Assembly: GCA_963575745.1 (NCBI GenBank)
Contig: CAUYUJ010000041.1
Span: 1 to 64,000, forward strand
Direction: 5' to 3'
Length of the DNA: 64,000 bases
Source of the DNA: Prorocentrum cordatum
Lineage: Eukaryota
The notes beneath the pieces are model-generated. The model was not told the origin of the DNA. It saw only the letters and a list, made by a program, of their open reading frames with translations, and made no database searches. Shown one piece after another: positions 21,401-35,300 of the stretch (the first letter of the stretch is position 1; the number at the start of each line of letters is the position of its first letter). The position numbers were made by a program, and so were the translations under genes.

Positions 21401-24400
21401 ACAAAACAGAATTGACATGTGCATTCAAATTCCTTGCAAACGGAGCTGGGCGAAAATGAAGATCCGAACAACGTGCGACTAGAAAACATGCATTTAACTC
21501 AACATTCAGCGCTGCAGCGCTTCATCTTCAGCGCACGCAGCGCTTCATGTTCATATAAATCCGAAGGCAGCGCTGCAGCGCTTCTCATATTTAAAGCAAA
21601 AATCCAGGACACCGACTCCAAATCAAAATGCAAAATTTGTAGCGCTGCAGCGCTCAACGAACAAACTCAGCTCTTTCAAGACGTGGATTTACCTTTTTTC
21701 CCTGTGCATGGCCCTTGGATAACAAGTGCAATGTAACCGCTAAGTCACTTATAACCTACTTAGCAAACTAGCTATAAGCGGTTATAAGTGGTTAGCTAAG
21801 TGCGCTAAGCACTTAGCTAACTGGTTATAAGTGGATAGCTAAGTACTTACTAAGTCATTACTAAGTGGGCCACTTAGTAATGACTGAGTAAGTACTTAGC
21901 TAAGTCCGCTAACTACTTACTAAGTACTTAACTTAGCGTAGTAAGTATGTTAAGTACTTAGCAACCGCCGCGGCCATCCAAGTACGCGAGCTGATTCTCA
22001 AACCCCCCCTTTGCTATCCCCCCCTTTCGCCCCGCCCGACCGGTGTCTCGCCTTCCCTTTTTTCGCCTCCTTGGGCCTGCCGGGAGGCCTTCCTCGCCAC
22101 GGGCTGGGCTCGCCTCGAGATGCTGGTCAGAACGCGCCCTGGAGAGAGGCCTCGCGAGCAGTGGTATGTGTACCTTTTGTTTTTGTTCCCCACTGGGGGT
22201 CCTGGCCCCCTCCCTGGAAGAATGCCCATCGGAGGGGCACCAAGCGTACACCGCCACCAGCCCTGGCCAGGTCCATCCTGGGCCCTTGACTGGCTCCTTG
22301 CCTAGGCCAGAAAGGCCTGTACACCAAGTCCGGGTCCCGCGAGATCGGCCTGGCCAGGGCTGGTGGCGGTGTATTGTTTGGAGCTCTCCTGGCCCAGACA
22401 GGCGACGTGTTTTTCTTTCAATGCGCTGCCCCCGGAAGTCTCGACTGCTCCTCCTTATCCTCCTCCTCCTCCTCCTCCTCCTCCTCCTCCTCCTCCTTTT
22501 CTTCTCTTTCCTCCTCCTCCTCCGCGTTCCTCCTCCTCCTCCTCCTCCTCCTCCTCCTCCTTCTCCACGTTCCTCCTCCTGTTCCTCCTCTCCCCCCTCC
22601 TCCTCCTCCTCTTCCTCCTCCTCCTCCTCCTCCTCTTCCTCCTCCTCCTCCTCTCCCCAGGCACGACTTTCCATCCGGAGTCGTACTTACTTCGGCGGTC
22701 CCGGGGCCCGTCGCGACGCGAGCCCGGGGCCCCAGGGCCCTCACAGATCGATGCGGCTGAGGTCGGGCTTAGGGGGATGTTGGGCGAAAATTTAAGCACC
22801 CACACATACCCCAGAACATTCAAAAACATGTATTGGAAAAGTGCCCCCAGGCTATTTTTCCCAACCGTCCTGTGGTGTTGGGTCCTCGTTTTGAAGAGAC
22901 GTCGCCCCGCGGTCCTTCCTCCTCCTCCTCCTCCTTCCTCCTCCTCCCCTTCCTCCCCCCTCCTCCCCCTCCCACACCCATTCTGGCACACCCCTCACAC
23001 GCTTCGTGGCCCCATGGGGAGCTCCACCGAAGGCCCCAGTGGCTGCGCCCGCATGCGGTTCCACCCACCGTTCTGGCACACCCCTCACACGTTTCGTGGC
23101 CTCATAGGGAGCTCCACCGAAGGCCCCAGTGGCTGCGCCCGCATGCGGTTCCACCCCCCATTCTGGCACACCCCTCACACGTTTCGTGGCCCCATAGGGA
23201 GCTCCACCGAAGGCCCCAGTGGCTGCGCCCGCATGCGGTTCCACCCCCCATTTCTGGCACACCCCTCACACGCTTCGTGGGTGGCTCCATGGGGAGCTCC
23301 ACCGAACGCCCCAGTGGCTGCGCTCGCATGTGGTTCCCCCCCCCCATTTCGGCACACCCCTCACACGGTTCGTGGCCCCATAGAGAGCTCCACCGAAGGC
23401 CCCAGTGGCTGCGCTCGCATGCGGTTCCACCCCCTTTTTCGGCACGCCCTTCACACGTCTCGTGGCCCCATAGGGAGCTCCACCGAACGCCGCAGTGGCT
23501 GCGCTCGCATGCGGTTCCACCCCCCATTTCGGCACACCCCTCACACGTTTCGTGGCTCCATAGGGAGCTCCACCGAAGGCCCCAGTGGCTGCGCTGGCAT
23601 GCGGTTCCACACCCCATTCTGGCACACCCCTCGCACGTTTCGTGGCCCCATAGGGGGCTCCACCAAAGGTCCCAGTGGCACTGCCCGCTTGCGTCCGCCA
23701 CCACCCAGCACAGCCCTTGTTCCCTGCGCTTCACCCACCCAGAACAGCGCTTCGTAGCCCTATAGGGAGCTCCACCAAAGGTCCCAGCGGCACCGCCCGC
23801 ATGCGTCCGCCACCACCCTGCGCAGCCCTTGCTCCCTGCCTGCGTTTCACCCACCCAGTACAGCGTTTCGTGGCCCCATAGGGAGCTCCACCGAAGGTCC
23901 CAGTGGCACCGCTCGCATGCGTCCGCCACCACGCAGCACAGCCCTTGCTGACCGCGTCTCACCCACCCAGTACAGCGTTTCGTGGCCCCATAGGGAGCTC
24001 CACCGAAGGTCCCAGTGGCACCGCCCGCATGCGTCCGCCACCACCCAGCACAATTGCGGCATTCACAACTGCATATGGTTGGGTCCTTCGCCAGGCTAAT
24101 TTCAAACTATTTGTGAATATTCCTCATGTAGAGGGACAGGCCCGACTTAAGCTGCGGCTCGAACCTGGCAAAGACTGGCGCCGCCCCTTGCGCCCTCCGC
24201 ACGCCAGGACGGGCGTTCAAGAGATCCGCGCGGAGCCCCGAAGGTTTTTGGTTTGTGCAGCCTTTTCTCGTCGGTTCCCAGGGACCGAGCTTCTCATCCT
24301 GAGCAGCGTGTGGGCCACCACGGTGCGCGTGGGCTGGCCCCCGGAGAGTCTCGAGTGGCTCAAACAGCCCCCCGTGGCGATTTCCCACGACGCGGGAAGT

Positions 24401-27400
24401 CCCCCCCCCCCCGGGGCGAGGCGCAGCTGCGGGGGCGCACCTCGATGCAAGAGGTAGCCTCCAGGAGCCGAGAGCATGCAGTCAACGCCGGCGTGCAGGA
24501 TGGGGCCCCATCGCAAGGGCACCCTGCGTCCTTCCCAGACCCCCTCGGGTATTGAAAAGATCATGACGGGAGGTTTTCTGTTGATTTTCGGCGTCCAGGG
24601 GCCCTAATTGGGCCTCGGGACTGTTAGACAATCACTCAGGATGAGAAACTTGCTCTGGGGAATGGGTCGAGAACTCTGGGGATCGACGTAATGAAAAAAT
24701 CATGACGTCGGGGGGCTGGGTTCGGTTCTGGCCATCGCCGTACATTTGGGAGCGCGCATCTCTGGATTTCGCGCTGTGCCAAGAGTCCTGCGAGAGGCAT
24801 TTTTGCATTCCCTGGCGATGAGGGGCATGACCAGGGGGGAGGGGGGGAAGGGGGCCGGTCACGTCACGAGTCGGGCCGGCGCCGTCTGAGAATCGTTGGC
24901 TCATTCCCAGACGGCGCCAGCGCATATCGTGATGTGATCGGGGGAACCGGGGAAGGGGGGGGGGTCGGGGCCGCTCACGGGCGTTACCGCGAATGAAGAG
25001 AATGCCACCCAGCGTTGACCCCAAGCAGTGTGTTCCTGACAATCGGTGTTGCGCAATATCTGTGGTGCAGTATGCGTTGTGCCATCGGTCTTGTGCACTC
25101 TGCGCTGCCCCATGTGCGATGTGCAGCCTGCTGTGTGCAAGTATCGTGCGGGTTGGCTGCAGCAACTCGGCGGTCCGCGGGGATGCCTCGGATCGGGGCT
25201 GGCACCCCCCGTGCTGGCGCGCGGGGCGCGCCAGAGGGCGGCGCTTGCTGGGCGCCGCCGAGGGGGGGCTCCGGCCTGCTCCTCTTGGCATCGCTCGGAC
25301 TTGTGCATGTTTTCTCGGGCGAGGACCATCGAGGAGCATCCTTGATCATTTGGCGAAAAAGCCACGCATGAAGCCGACAAAAATCACAGGGAATGGACGT
25401 CCGAGCGATGGCGAGCTCCTCGCCACCGCCCTCCGGGGGGGGGTATGGCCGTCCCTCGGCCCCGCGCGAACCGTGGGTGGTTGAGAGTCGCCGGGCGCGT
25501 TTCACTACTCGCAGAGCTCCTGCAGTCGGCCCAGCTTCGAAGGTCGATCCTGGCAAATCAAGGGTACCCTTGCAAGGGCTCCCACGAGGGCGCGAAGTTA
25601 TTCGCGCTTCGCGCTTCGCGGTCCTCGTTCCTTCTCCCCCTCCTCCTCGTCCTCCTTTTCTCCCTTTGGGGGGGCGGCGCGAGGGCGCGAAGTTATTCGC
25701 GCTTCGCGCTTCGCGGAGCGCGAAGCGCGAAGTTGGGAGCCCTAGCCTTGTGTCCGGTGCCTCGCGACCCATGCTTCCTACATTCCTATGGCAATGTGGC
25801 CCTCGGAAGGGTCTTGTGTCCTCTCGCGTGTCCTGCCCAATCAAGTCCGACTGTGCTCGCAAACGGCCCTAACAAATAAATGTCTGCCTTGAGGTAATGG
25901 ATAGCAAGACCCCCTCGGCGGATCCTGGCCGTTTGCCAGCAGCTGCTCTGCTCGTCCCGATCGGCGGCGAGCGAGGGGGGGAAGCGAGTGGGTGTCGTGT
26001 CACCAGTGCCCATCCCCATCCCCTTCGAGACGCCCACGAGATGACCGCCCCAGCTGGGGATGCACCCCTCGAAGCCCGAAGGGAACGACCCAGGGGCAAA
26101 TCGGCCAGTGGGGCCCAGGCCACGCCGCTGGGGATGGGGATGGGTTGACCGATACTCGGTGAGAGGAGGCGTGAGGGCTTGTTTGTAGCCCGTGGCGGTT
26201 TTTTCACGGCGGCAGGACGTCGGGGTTCCTCCGCCCCTGCGGGCCGCCGCCCCCGCCGTGGCGGTGGTGCGCCGCGGGAGCTGCACCTTCGAGCAGAAGG
26301 CCCTGCGGGCCCAGAGCGGCGGCGCGGCGGGCCTCGTGGTGGCCAGGGGCCACAGTGGTCTAGGCCTCCCAGGTGGGGTCCCAGACCCCCTGGAGTAGTG
26401 AACAAATTACGACGGGAGGTTTTCGCCATTTTCAGCCTCTGGGGGACCTCGCCGGGCCTCGGGAGCGTCAAAAAGCGACTCAGGATGCATAGCCGGTCAT
26501 GGGGAAAGGGTCGGGACCTCTGGGGGTCGACGTAATGAACAAATCATTAGTCGGGGGTCTGGGGTCGGAGTAGGCGGGGTCGAAGGATTCCCGAAACGGG
26601 TGCCCGGGGGGTTTCTTGGGTTTCGATGGTTTTGCCGTGGAACGCGTGACGCTCCCACGCCAAGAACTGGTGGACGCCCTGGGGTCTCAGGGTTGGGTTC
26701 CTTGTGGGAGGTTTCTTGTGGTCAAGCTCCTATTGTACACGATGCTCCGTGCGTTGAGGCCTACCGAAGTCACCACGCGGTCTGTCACGGCACCGCCTCG
26801 GGATTCCCGAGATGGGTGCCCAGGGGAGGGCGTCCCCGGCGCGCGCAGCGCGCCCAGGGGCAGCGCTGGAGGCGCCGCCAGGGACGTCCAGCGCCCACCC
26901 AAGAAGCGCTTCGAGGACCTTCGAGCGTTCATGTCTTGTCGGAGGCCCAGAGGTTGGCAGGTTGGCAACAATGCTCGGCGATCCTGATCTCGGTGGTGGT
27001 GGTCATGCTCTGCCTTCTTGGGCTCTAGGCCACCTTGATGGGTTACGGGTAGATGAGGTCGAAGGATTGGTCCGCATCGCCGGTGCATCGGCGAGGCGGC
27101 TCGATGCGGAGCCCGATTTCCTTGCGGCCGCTGGGGGCCCGAGTTGTGACCCGAAAGCCATGAGGGCATAGAGGGGGACGCATCGACACCCCATCGCTCA
27201 ATGATGGTCGATAAGGGCCCGTAAACCCCATCCTGAGCCTAGCAACCTGCGGTTTTGCTATCGGGGGCCTGTGGCCAATCTATCGGCGATGTACTGCCGA
27301 TTCCAGGTCGGTGTCTCCTCCCTGCGCCAGTCCCCCCCCCCCTATCGTTGCCCCTCAGGTGGTGAACGACGCGGAAGGCCCGGAGGGCAGCCAAGAGTCA

Positions 27401-28708
27401 TGATGTTCCAACTTATTTTAGCATTGATCACCAGAGAATTTCGAGCACCAGAACAAAGTGCCGAAACTCGAGGGGTTTCACATGTCGGGCCCTGGGAGAC
27501 ACTCGCCCGACACTGTTTCGACACTCTTTCGATACTCTTTGGACACTTTTCCCGGTGCTCGAAATTATTTCTGGGATGCGGTCCTTAAGTAGGATGGGAA
27601 CAACATGACGCCAGACCTTGCTCGGGCGTGTTCGGACGTTTCCGTCGGCCTTCTGGCCTCGGGGGGACCTCCAGCAGCTGCGCTCCGCCGAGGGCGCTCC
27701 GGGGGGCGCCCGGGTCGTCCCGAGCAGCCGCCGGAGGCCCGAGCTGTGGCCCGCGGGCGCCGCTTCCTGCAGGGGCCCCAGGCGGCCCCCTCAAGTGCCC
27801 CGCGGGCTCCAGAAGGTGCACGAGCGGCGCGCGCTTCGTCCTCCTCCTCCTCCTCCTCCTCCTCCTCCTCCTCTTTCCTCCTCCCTCCTCCCTCCTCCCT
27901 TCTCCCTCCTCCCTCCTCCCTCCTCCCTCCTCATCGGACACCCGTCATCGGACACCCGAACCTAGTGGAGTTCTTGGACGCTAAAGGGCCCACTGATACT
28001 TGTCAGGTGCTCGCTTGCAGCGGGGACCGCCGGGCGACCTTCCAAGGAGCTTGCGCGGGCGGACCTTCCAGCGATCGCCACGAAAAAGAGAAGCCCCCAC
28101 GTCACTGAACACCCGAGCAATTCCTGTGGCGGGGGGCCCGATCGCCGACGGCATGTTTTCGTTCCATCCCACTGTTTCCGATGTCAAGAAACACTCAGGA
28201 GGGAAAGAAACACACAGACGCAATTAATCGTCGAGTCCCAGGAAAATATGGGAAAATATGGGAAAATATGGGAAGTGGGGGAAGACAGCAATCCAGAAAA
28301 TATGGAAAATGATGAGAAATCTTTTTATTTGTGTATTTATTTGTATGTTTGTAGGCCCCTTTAAACACCCTGCTTGCCTCCAGGGTGCCCTGGGTATCCT
28401 TGGGTTTCGATGCTTCTGCGATGGATAAACGCATGCCCAGGATAAGGAATCATCCCCCCCTTCACCATTGAGAGTTGATTATCTCCGGCCAGGACAGAGT
28501 CGGTCCAGGGAGAGGGGCGGCGAGGCCGAACTTTCTCATCGCGGAGGAATATGACGATTCGAAGTTGTTATCTGCCTGTGTCGAGTAGCAGTATCATCAT
28601 CACCCCACGTGTTGCAAGGCTATAGGGTATTCTCTAGGATTATGGCTCCAACCGCTATTTTTACTATTACTACTACCACTACCACTACTATTACGACGAC
28701 TACTCCTG

Positions 28709-28741
<33 letters not shown>

Positions 28742-28917
28742 TCATAATTCATGCTAATGCTATTATTATTACTACACCGGCTACTACAAACACCTACTCA
28801 GCGGCTAGAATCTTATTACTACTACTACTACTACTACGGCTACTACGACTCCTACTGCCATTTCTTCTTCTACTATATTTATTGCTCTACTATCACGTGT
28901 AGTACTGCTACTATTGT

Positions 28918-28967
<50 letters not shown>

Positions 28968-29794
28968 GGCTATTACTAGTAGTACTACTACAACTACTGC
29001 TGTCTCTGCTTCGTTTACTAGTACGAGGAGCCAACTCGCATTACGAGTATTACTAATGTAATTACTATTAGTAACTATTAGTATTAAGACCACTACTACG
29101 ACCACTACTATTATTACTGCAACTACGGTTCGTACTGAAATTCCACGACTACGGCAAGCACTGCAACTACGATTCGTACTACTACTATTTCTACTACCAC
29201 TACTACTTACGACTACTATAACTACTGCTACTACTACTTCCACTACTACTCCCACTACTACTATTATTACTACTACTACTACTACTACTACTACCAGTAA
29301 TACTCTAGACTACTGCTACCAAGCAGTATTACTAACAACAGATCCTCTTTTTTGCAACATAGTCATCCCACGTGTGGCAGGGCTATAGCACATTCTGTAT
29401 ACGTACAGCCTCAACCGCTACTACTCCTACTACTAAAACCAGTTCTAGTACGACTACTACTGCTACTACTGCTGCTACTACTGCTACTGCTGCTACTACT
29501 GCTACTAGCATTTCTACTCCTACTAAAACTAGTGCTGCTACGATTACGATTCTTCGTACTACCACCGCCACCACCACCACTACTACCACTACGGCTCCGA
29601 CCGCGACTACTACTAGTACTTCTACCCTATCACTACTGTTGTTCTTGCTGCAACTGCCACTACTACTATTACTACTACTACTACCACCATCTCGACTGCT
29701 ACTACTGCTGCAACTGCTACTACTACTACTACTACTACGACTACTACCCCTATCACTACTACCATTAGCGTTAGTACTAGTACTACGACTGTCA

Positions 29795-29831
<37 letters not shown>

Positions 29832-29887
29832 TATTGCTACTATTACTGCTCGTGCTACTGTTACTGCTGTTGTCGCTACTACTACTC

Positions 29888-29918
<31 letters not shown>

Positions 29919-31308
29919 ATGCTACAACTGCTACTCGTATTACTTCGACTACGATTACGTTTACGACGACGACGTCTACTATGACGACTTCTGAGACGAC
30001 GACCATTGTTATTATCAGTTTTATTCGTGTGCGTTTGTTGACACGACTGCGACTATCATTACGACGCTACCGCTACCCGTATGATTGGCGCTACTCGCAT
30101 TTTTAGTAGTACTACGATTACTAATTTTACTACGGCTAATATTGTTAGTTTTACTGTTACGACTACCACTTTGTTGTTGCTGTTACTACTACGACGATTG
30201 CTGTATGTACCACTTGGTCTGTGTCACTACGGGCACGACTACTACTACTATTCTTACTACTACTATGTATCTTACGACTACTACTACTACTACTACTACT
30301 ACTATTGTTGTCGCTTCGCGAATCCCCACCAGCCCATCCAGAAACGATGCCCAGAGGAATTGCCTCGATCAGAGAAGTGGGCAGCACACAGAGGAAGCCA
30401 TTATGAGACATCTTGGGATATCTTGAGCCATCTTGGAGGTCATTTTGGGCTCTCCCAGACGCTCTTGGAGTCATCTTAATCCGTGCCCCCCCCCAAGAGG
30501 CCTCCATGTGGCTAAAACCTGTGTAGAATCAATGATTAGGCATTCTCGCCGAGGCCTCTTGGAGCATCTTGGGTGCATCTGGGGGGGCTCTTGGGGCCTC
30601 TTGGGGGTCTCTTGGGGGCCTCCGGGGGGCCTCTTGGGGGCCTCTTGGGGCCATTTTGGGGCCATCTTGGGACCTCTTGGGGCTTCCTGGGCGCTTCTTG
30701 GGGCCATCTTGGAGGAGATCGATCAAACAAGAGGGGGGGTTTAATTAGCGTCCCCCCTCGGAAGCCCCTAAAATCGCCTCTTGGACCCCTCTTGGAACGC
30801 TCTTGGAGTGCTCTTGGGCGCTCTTGGGGCCGTCTTGGGGCTCTTTTGGGGCTCTCTTGGGGCCCTCTTGGGCCATCTTGGAACCATCTCCAGGCCTCGG
30901 ATGGCCATCGGAAGCGAAAAGGCGAGAAAGCAAAAATCATTGATTTTCCTTAGGTTTTGGGACGATTTTGGCCTCTTCGGGGCCTCCTTGGGGAGCTGTT
31001 TGGCCACTTGGAGTTATCTTGGGGCCGTCTTTGGGCTTCTTGGAACCATCTTAGGAGCCATCTCGAGCGATCTTGCGCTATCTTGAGCCATCTTGGAGCT
31101 CATCTTGGGTTCTCTGAGGCGCTCTTGGAGCCGTCTTGGGCCATCTGGGACGCTCTAACTACCCGCGGCCCCCCCCGTCCAGGTCCAGGGGAGGGGGTAG
31201 GGGGAGGGGTAAACCCCTCCCCAAGGGGGAAGAGGGAGGGGTGGAAGAGGATCTGCTCTAGACCACCTACGCCCAGAGGGCTGGTGGGATTACTACTACT
31301 ACTACTAT

Positions 31309-31349
<41 letters not shown>

Positions 31350-31397
31350 TTACTACTACTACTACTGCTGCTACGGCTACTACGGCTACTACTACTA

Positions 31398-31428
<31 letters not shown>

Positions 31429-31820
31429 CACTGCTACTACTACTGCGACTGCTGCTGCTACTACCATTATCAGTGTTACGACTGCTTCCACTACTTCGTC
31501 TATTATTATTACTATTCGTGTCATTATTATTACTACTACTACTACTACTTCCACGACGGCTACTACTACTAATTTTATGTCTACTACCTTTACGAGTACT
31601 ACTACCACGCCCCTTTTTACCACTACTACTACGACTACGACGACTACTACTACTACTACGACTACTACTACTGCTACTATTACTACTACTACTAACACTA
31701 ACGCTAACACTAACACTAACGCTACTACCAAATCTGTTACTACAAATACGACTTGTACTACTACTTCTACTGCTACTACTACTCTGTTTTATTTTCATGA
31801 CTACGTCTACTACTACTACG

Positions 31821-31859
<39 letters not shown>

Positions 31860-31930
31860 GCTACTACTACTACTACTACTACTACTGCTACTGCGACTGC
31901 TACTGCGACTGCGACTACTACTACTACTAT

Positions 31931-31968
<38 letters not shown>

Positions 31969-32184
31969 CTACTACTACTACGACTACTACTACTGCTACT
32001 ACTACTACTACTGTTACGAAACCCATTACTTGTACTACTACTACGACTACTGTTACCACTATTACTACTACTGCTATTCCTACGTCTTGTTCTCCTACGA
32101 CTACTACTACTCCGACTATTATTATCATTATTGCTACTACTACGACTACGAGTGTTTTATTATTACTACTACTACTACTACCAC

Positions 32185-32220
<36 letters not shown>

Positions 32221-32284
32221 TAGTAGTACTACTACTACTACTACTACTACTACTACGACTACTACGACTACTACGACTACGACG

Positions 32285-32338
<54 letters not shown>

Positions 32339-35300
32339 GCTGCTGCTACTACTACTACTACTACTACTACTACTGGTTGCTCTTTTCCGCCTCGCCCCCA
32401 CGAGATATTATCCCAGGTTTGTTTTACTCACCAGAAACGGATCACCATGAGCTCCTACTCATGTGATGTAGAAAGCTGAAAATAACAGTAGACTTACACA
32501 AAAGAGCCGCAATTGCTCGAATCTTCTTTGGGGGGGGGCTGAGCCTGGGGGCTCTCTCCTCTCCGACCATCCTCCTCCCCTCCCCTTCTCTCTCCTTCCC
32601 CATTATTCCTTCCTTGTGACCCCCTTCGAAGTCACGAACGCGTGGCAGGGCTAGGTCGTCGTCGTCATCGTCGTCGTGATCGTGATCGTCGTCGTCTTCG
32701 TGCCACGACGACGACGACCTCTTCCCTCCTCGTCCCGCATCCCACGCACGACTTGCCGGAACATATCGTTTATGATTCCCCCTGGGCCCCGATCTGTACC
32801 ATCCCGTGGGTGTTCTTTGCAGGGGTAGTTGGTTAGCGTGACGTTCCCACACGAAAGACCAATGGACGTCCTGGGTTCTCGTGGTGGGCCCCTACGGTAC
32901 TGACGACGGGATCCACGGGCGAGCGGGGGTCGACGCATCCGCCCCTGAGCCCATCCCCTGGGACGCACAGGAGACATACGCCTGCCAGATGTCCTCCCTG
33001 GAGGAGGAGGAGGAGGAGGAGGAGGAGGAGGAGGAGGGGTTGCGTTTTTATGGTGGAAGGTTTCTTGTGGTCGGGCCCCTACGGTACTGACGATTGCCCG
33101 GCCTGGGGCCCGCGCTCCGCCCCCCGGGCTACGAGGCAGCGGGCGGAACGCCCGCCCCCGGGGCAGGGGCCGGGACCTCTGGGGCTCTCACCGAGCACGA
33201 AACGGATCGTCGGATGTCCTCATCTTCCCCCCTCCTCCCTCCTCCCTCCTCCCTCCTCCCTCCTCCGCCTCACTCCTCCTTCTCCCTCCTCCTCCTCCCC
33301 CTCCCCCTCCTCCTCCCTCCTCCTCCCTCCTGCTCCCTCCTCCTCCTGCTTCTCTCCTCCCTCCTCCCTCCTCCCTCCTCCTCCTCCTCCTCCTCCTCCT
33401 CCTCCTCCTCCTCCTCCTCCTCCTCCTCCCCCTCCTCCTCCGAACGGCTTGGGGATTTCTTCCATACCCACCGCCCGACCGACCTTCGGAGACCTCGGCA
33501 GGCGGTGCATAGGGATGCTTTCGGGCCCTGGGGGATGCAGGTACCTCCTCTACCCGCCACCTGCAGGAGCCCCCGAGGATCGGTCGGGCGGTGGCTGCGG
33601 ACTAATCCTTGCCTCGCACAAGCACAGACTTTAAGAGGTCCGCGCGGATTTCTTGGGTCCGCGCTGGACACCCTTGGTGGCGCCTCTGGCGCCGCACCCT
33701 GACGCGCTCCGCGTGCTGCTGGGATGGGGGCCACGAGGGCCACCAATACGGGTTGTGATCACACGGTGTGGTGAGTCAGTGTGGATTTTGGGATGACCAG
33801 GCGGTTTGGGATGCGGGTCGTTCTCCGAGGGCGTCTCCGGCGATTGGGATTTTCGAACTCCCAAAACGGTGCGGTCACGAACCGTGTGTCAGTATCATTT
33901 AACCGACCCTCACTGCCCATCCGCATCCTGACCCCCATCTCAGCACCCCATTTGTGGATACACCCCTCGAAACTAACAGGAAACATCCGACATTCCCATC
34001 TAATGGGGTAAACCGACGGGTTGGGCTTAGGCCACGCCAATTGGGATAGTTAGGCGTCGGTTGCAATGGAAACCCATGCCAAGAAACACCCTGCTTGCCT
34101 CCAGGGTGCCCTGGGCGTCTTCGGTATCGTCGGGTTGGCTGTGGAAGCCGTGATGTCCCCACACCAATAAAGTCAGTGGGCGCCCTGGGGTCTCAGGGTT
34201 GGGTTTCTTGTGGAAGGTTTCTTGTGGTTGAGCTCATACTGTAAACGATGCTCAGTGGTCAGTCGGGCCTGTCCCTCTACAAGAGGAGCACTCAAACATA
34301 GTACAATAATCGTCAGGGGACTACTTTTTTAATTATGTTGGGATTTTGGAGTAGGTTTGGGGCATTATTTTTTGTTTCGTCCGAAATGCCCCGCAGGATG
34401 ACAGGCCCGACCTAAGCTCATTGCGTTGAGGCTTACCGAAGTTTTTCCGCGCGGTCTGCCGCGGCGCCGCCTCGGGATCTCCCGAGGCGGGTGCCTGGGG
34501 GAGGGCGTCCTCGGCGCGCGTAGCGCGCCCGAGGTTAAGTCGGGCATGTCCCTCTACAGGGGGTATCTTCAAACATAGTCAAACAAATAATACGGGGCCG
34601 CTGTGTAAACATTTGTTGCTTGACTATTTTTTATTTGTTTGATGGTGTGTCCTCCACAATCCAGTTGTGGGAGGACATGCCCGACCTAACGCTGGAGGCG
34701 CCGCCAGGGACGTCCAGCGCCCACCCAAGAAGCGCGTCGAGGACCTCCGAACGTTCATGTCTTGTCGGAGGCCCAGAGGTTGGCAGCAACACTCGGCGAT
34801 CCTGGTTTCGGTGTTGGTGGTAATGTTCTGCCCTCTTGGGTACTAGGCCTGCCAGATGGGGTCCGAGCAGATCGGGTCGGAGGATCGCGCCGCGTCGCCG
34901 ATGCGGCTCGATGTGGAGCCCGAATTTTCCTCGCTGACGGCGCCGATGCATCGCCGACGTCGCCGATGTATCGGCGATGCATCGGCGATACATCGCCGAC
35001 GCATTGGCGATGCGACGCGATCCTCCGACCCCATCTTCTCGGACCTCATCTAGGAGGCGTCTATGGGTGGCCGGGAGAGTACCACAAGTACCAGCATCCA
35101 GGATCACCTCCGCCATTTGGCAGAGGCCCCCCCCGTGGTGGTGGTGTGGCTGCACATTTCTTGGCCGCCAGTCTTGTGCTGTTTCTGCTGCCCTTCTGGA
35201 GACGTGTCCCCGATGGGCCGCAACGCGTCGAACACGAGCAGCGGCGTCGACATCTTCGTCGTCGGCATCGCCAGGTCGTTCGGGGACGCGCTCGCGGGCG

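Larger units (their letters stand above)
3834..21984 (-). mobile_element. Giant (18,151 bp) TIR DNA transposon with CMC/EnSpm/Plavaka-like transposase and multi-gene cargo
   Basis: Left end TACTTGGATGGCCGCGGCGGCTGCTA (3834-3859) vs reverse complement of right end TACTTGGATGGCCGCGGCGGTTGCTA (21959-21984), 25/26 identical. The flanks rejoin into the MITE sequence seen uninterrupted at 2951-3030. Confidence 0.9.

Noticed and set aside
3834..21984. Giant element as Polinton/Maverick or endogenous virus
   Set aside because: No recognisable pPolB, retroviral-type integrase, packaging ATPase or capsid motifs, and no 6-bp TSD.
22363..23962. 464-aa and 310-aa repeat-protein ORFs
   Set aside because: Arise from (CCT)n plus the stop-free 90-bp minisatellite; open on both strands.
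24282..24400. Exon-like segment GTELLILSSVWATTVRVGWPPESLEWLKQPP as part of SPPL
   Set aside because: Has a plausible acceptor but does not fit the expected PA-domain sequence or an obvious phase; left unassigned.
29372..32479. Long ORFs (244-497 aa) of poly-L/T/Y/S/V
   Set aside because: Translations of (CTA)n microsatellite with no domain content.
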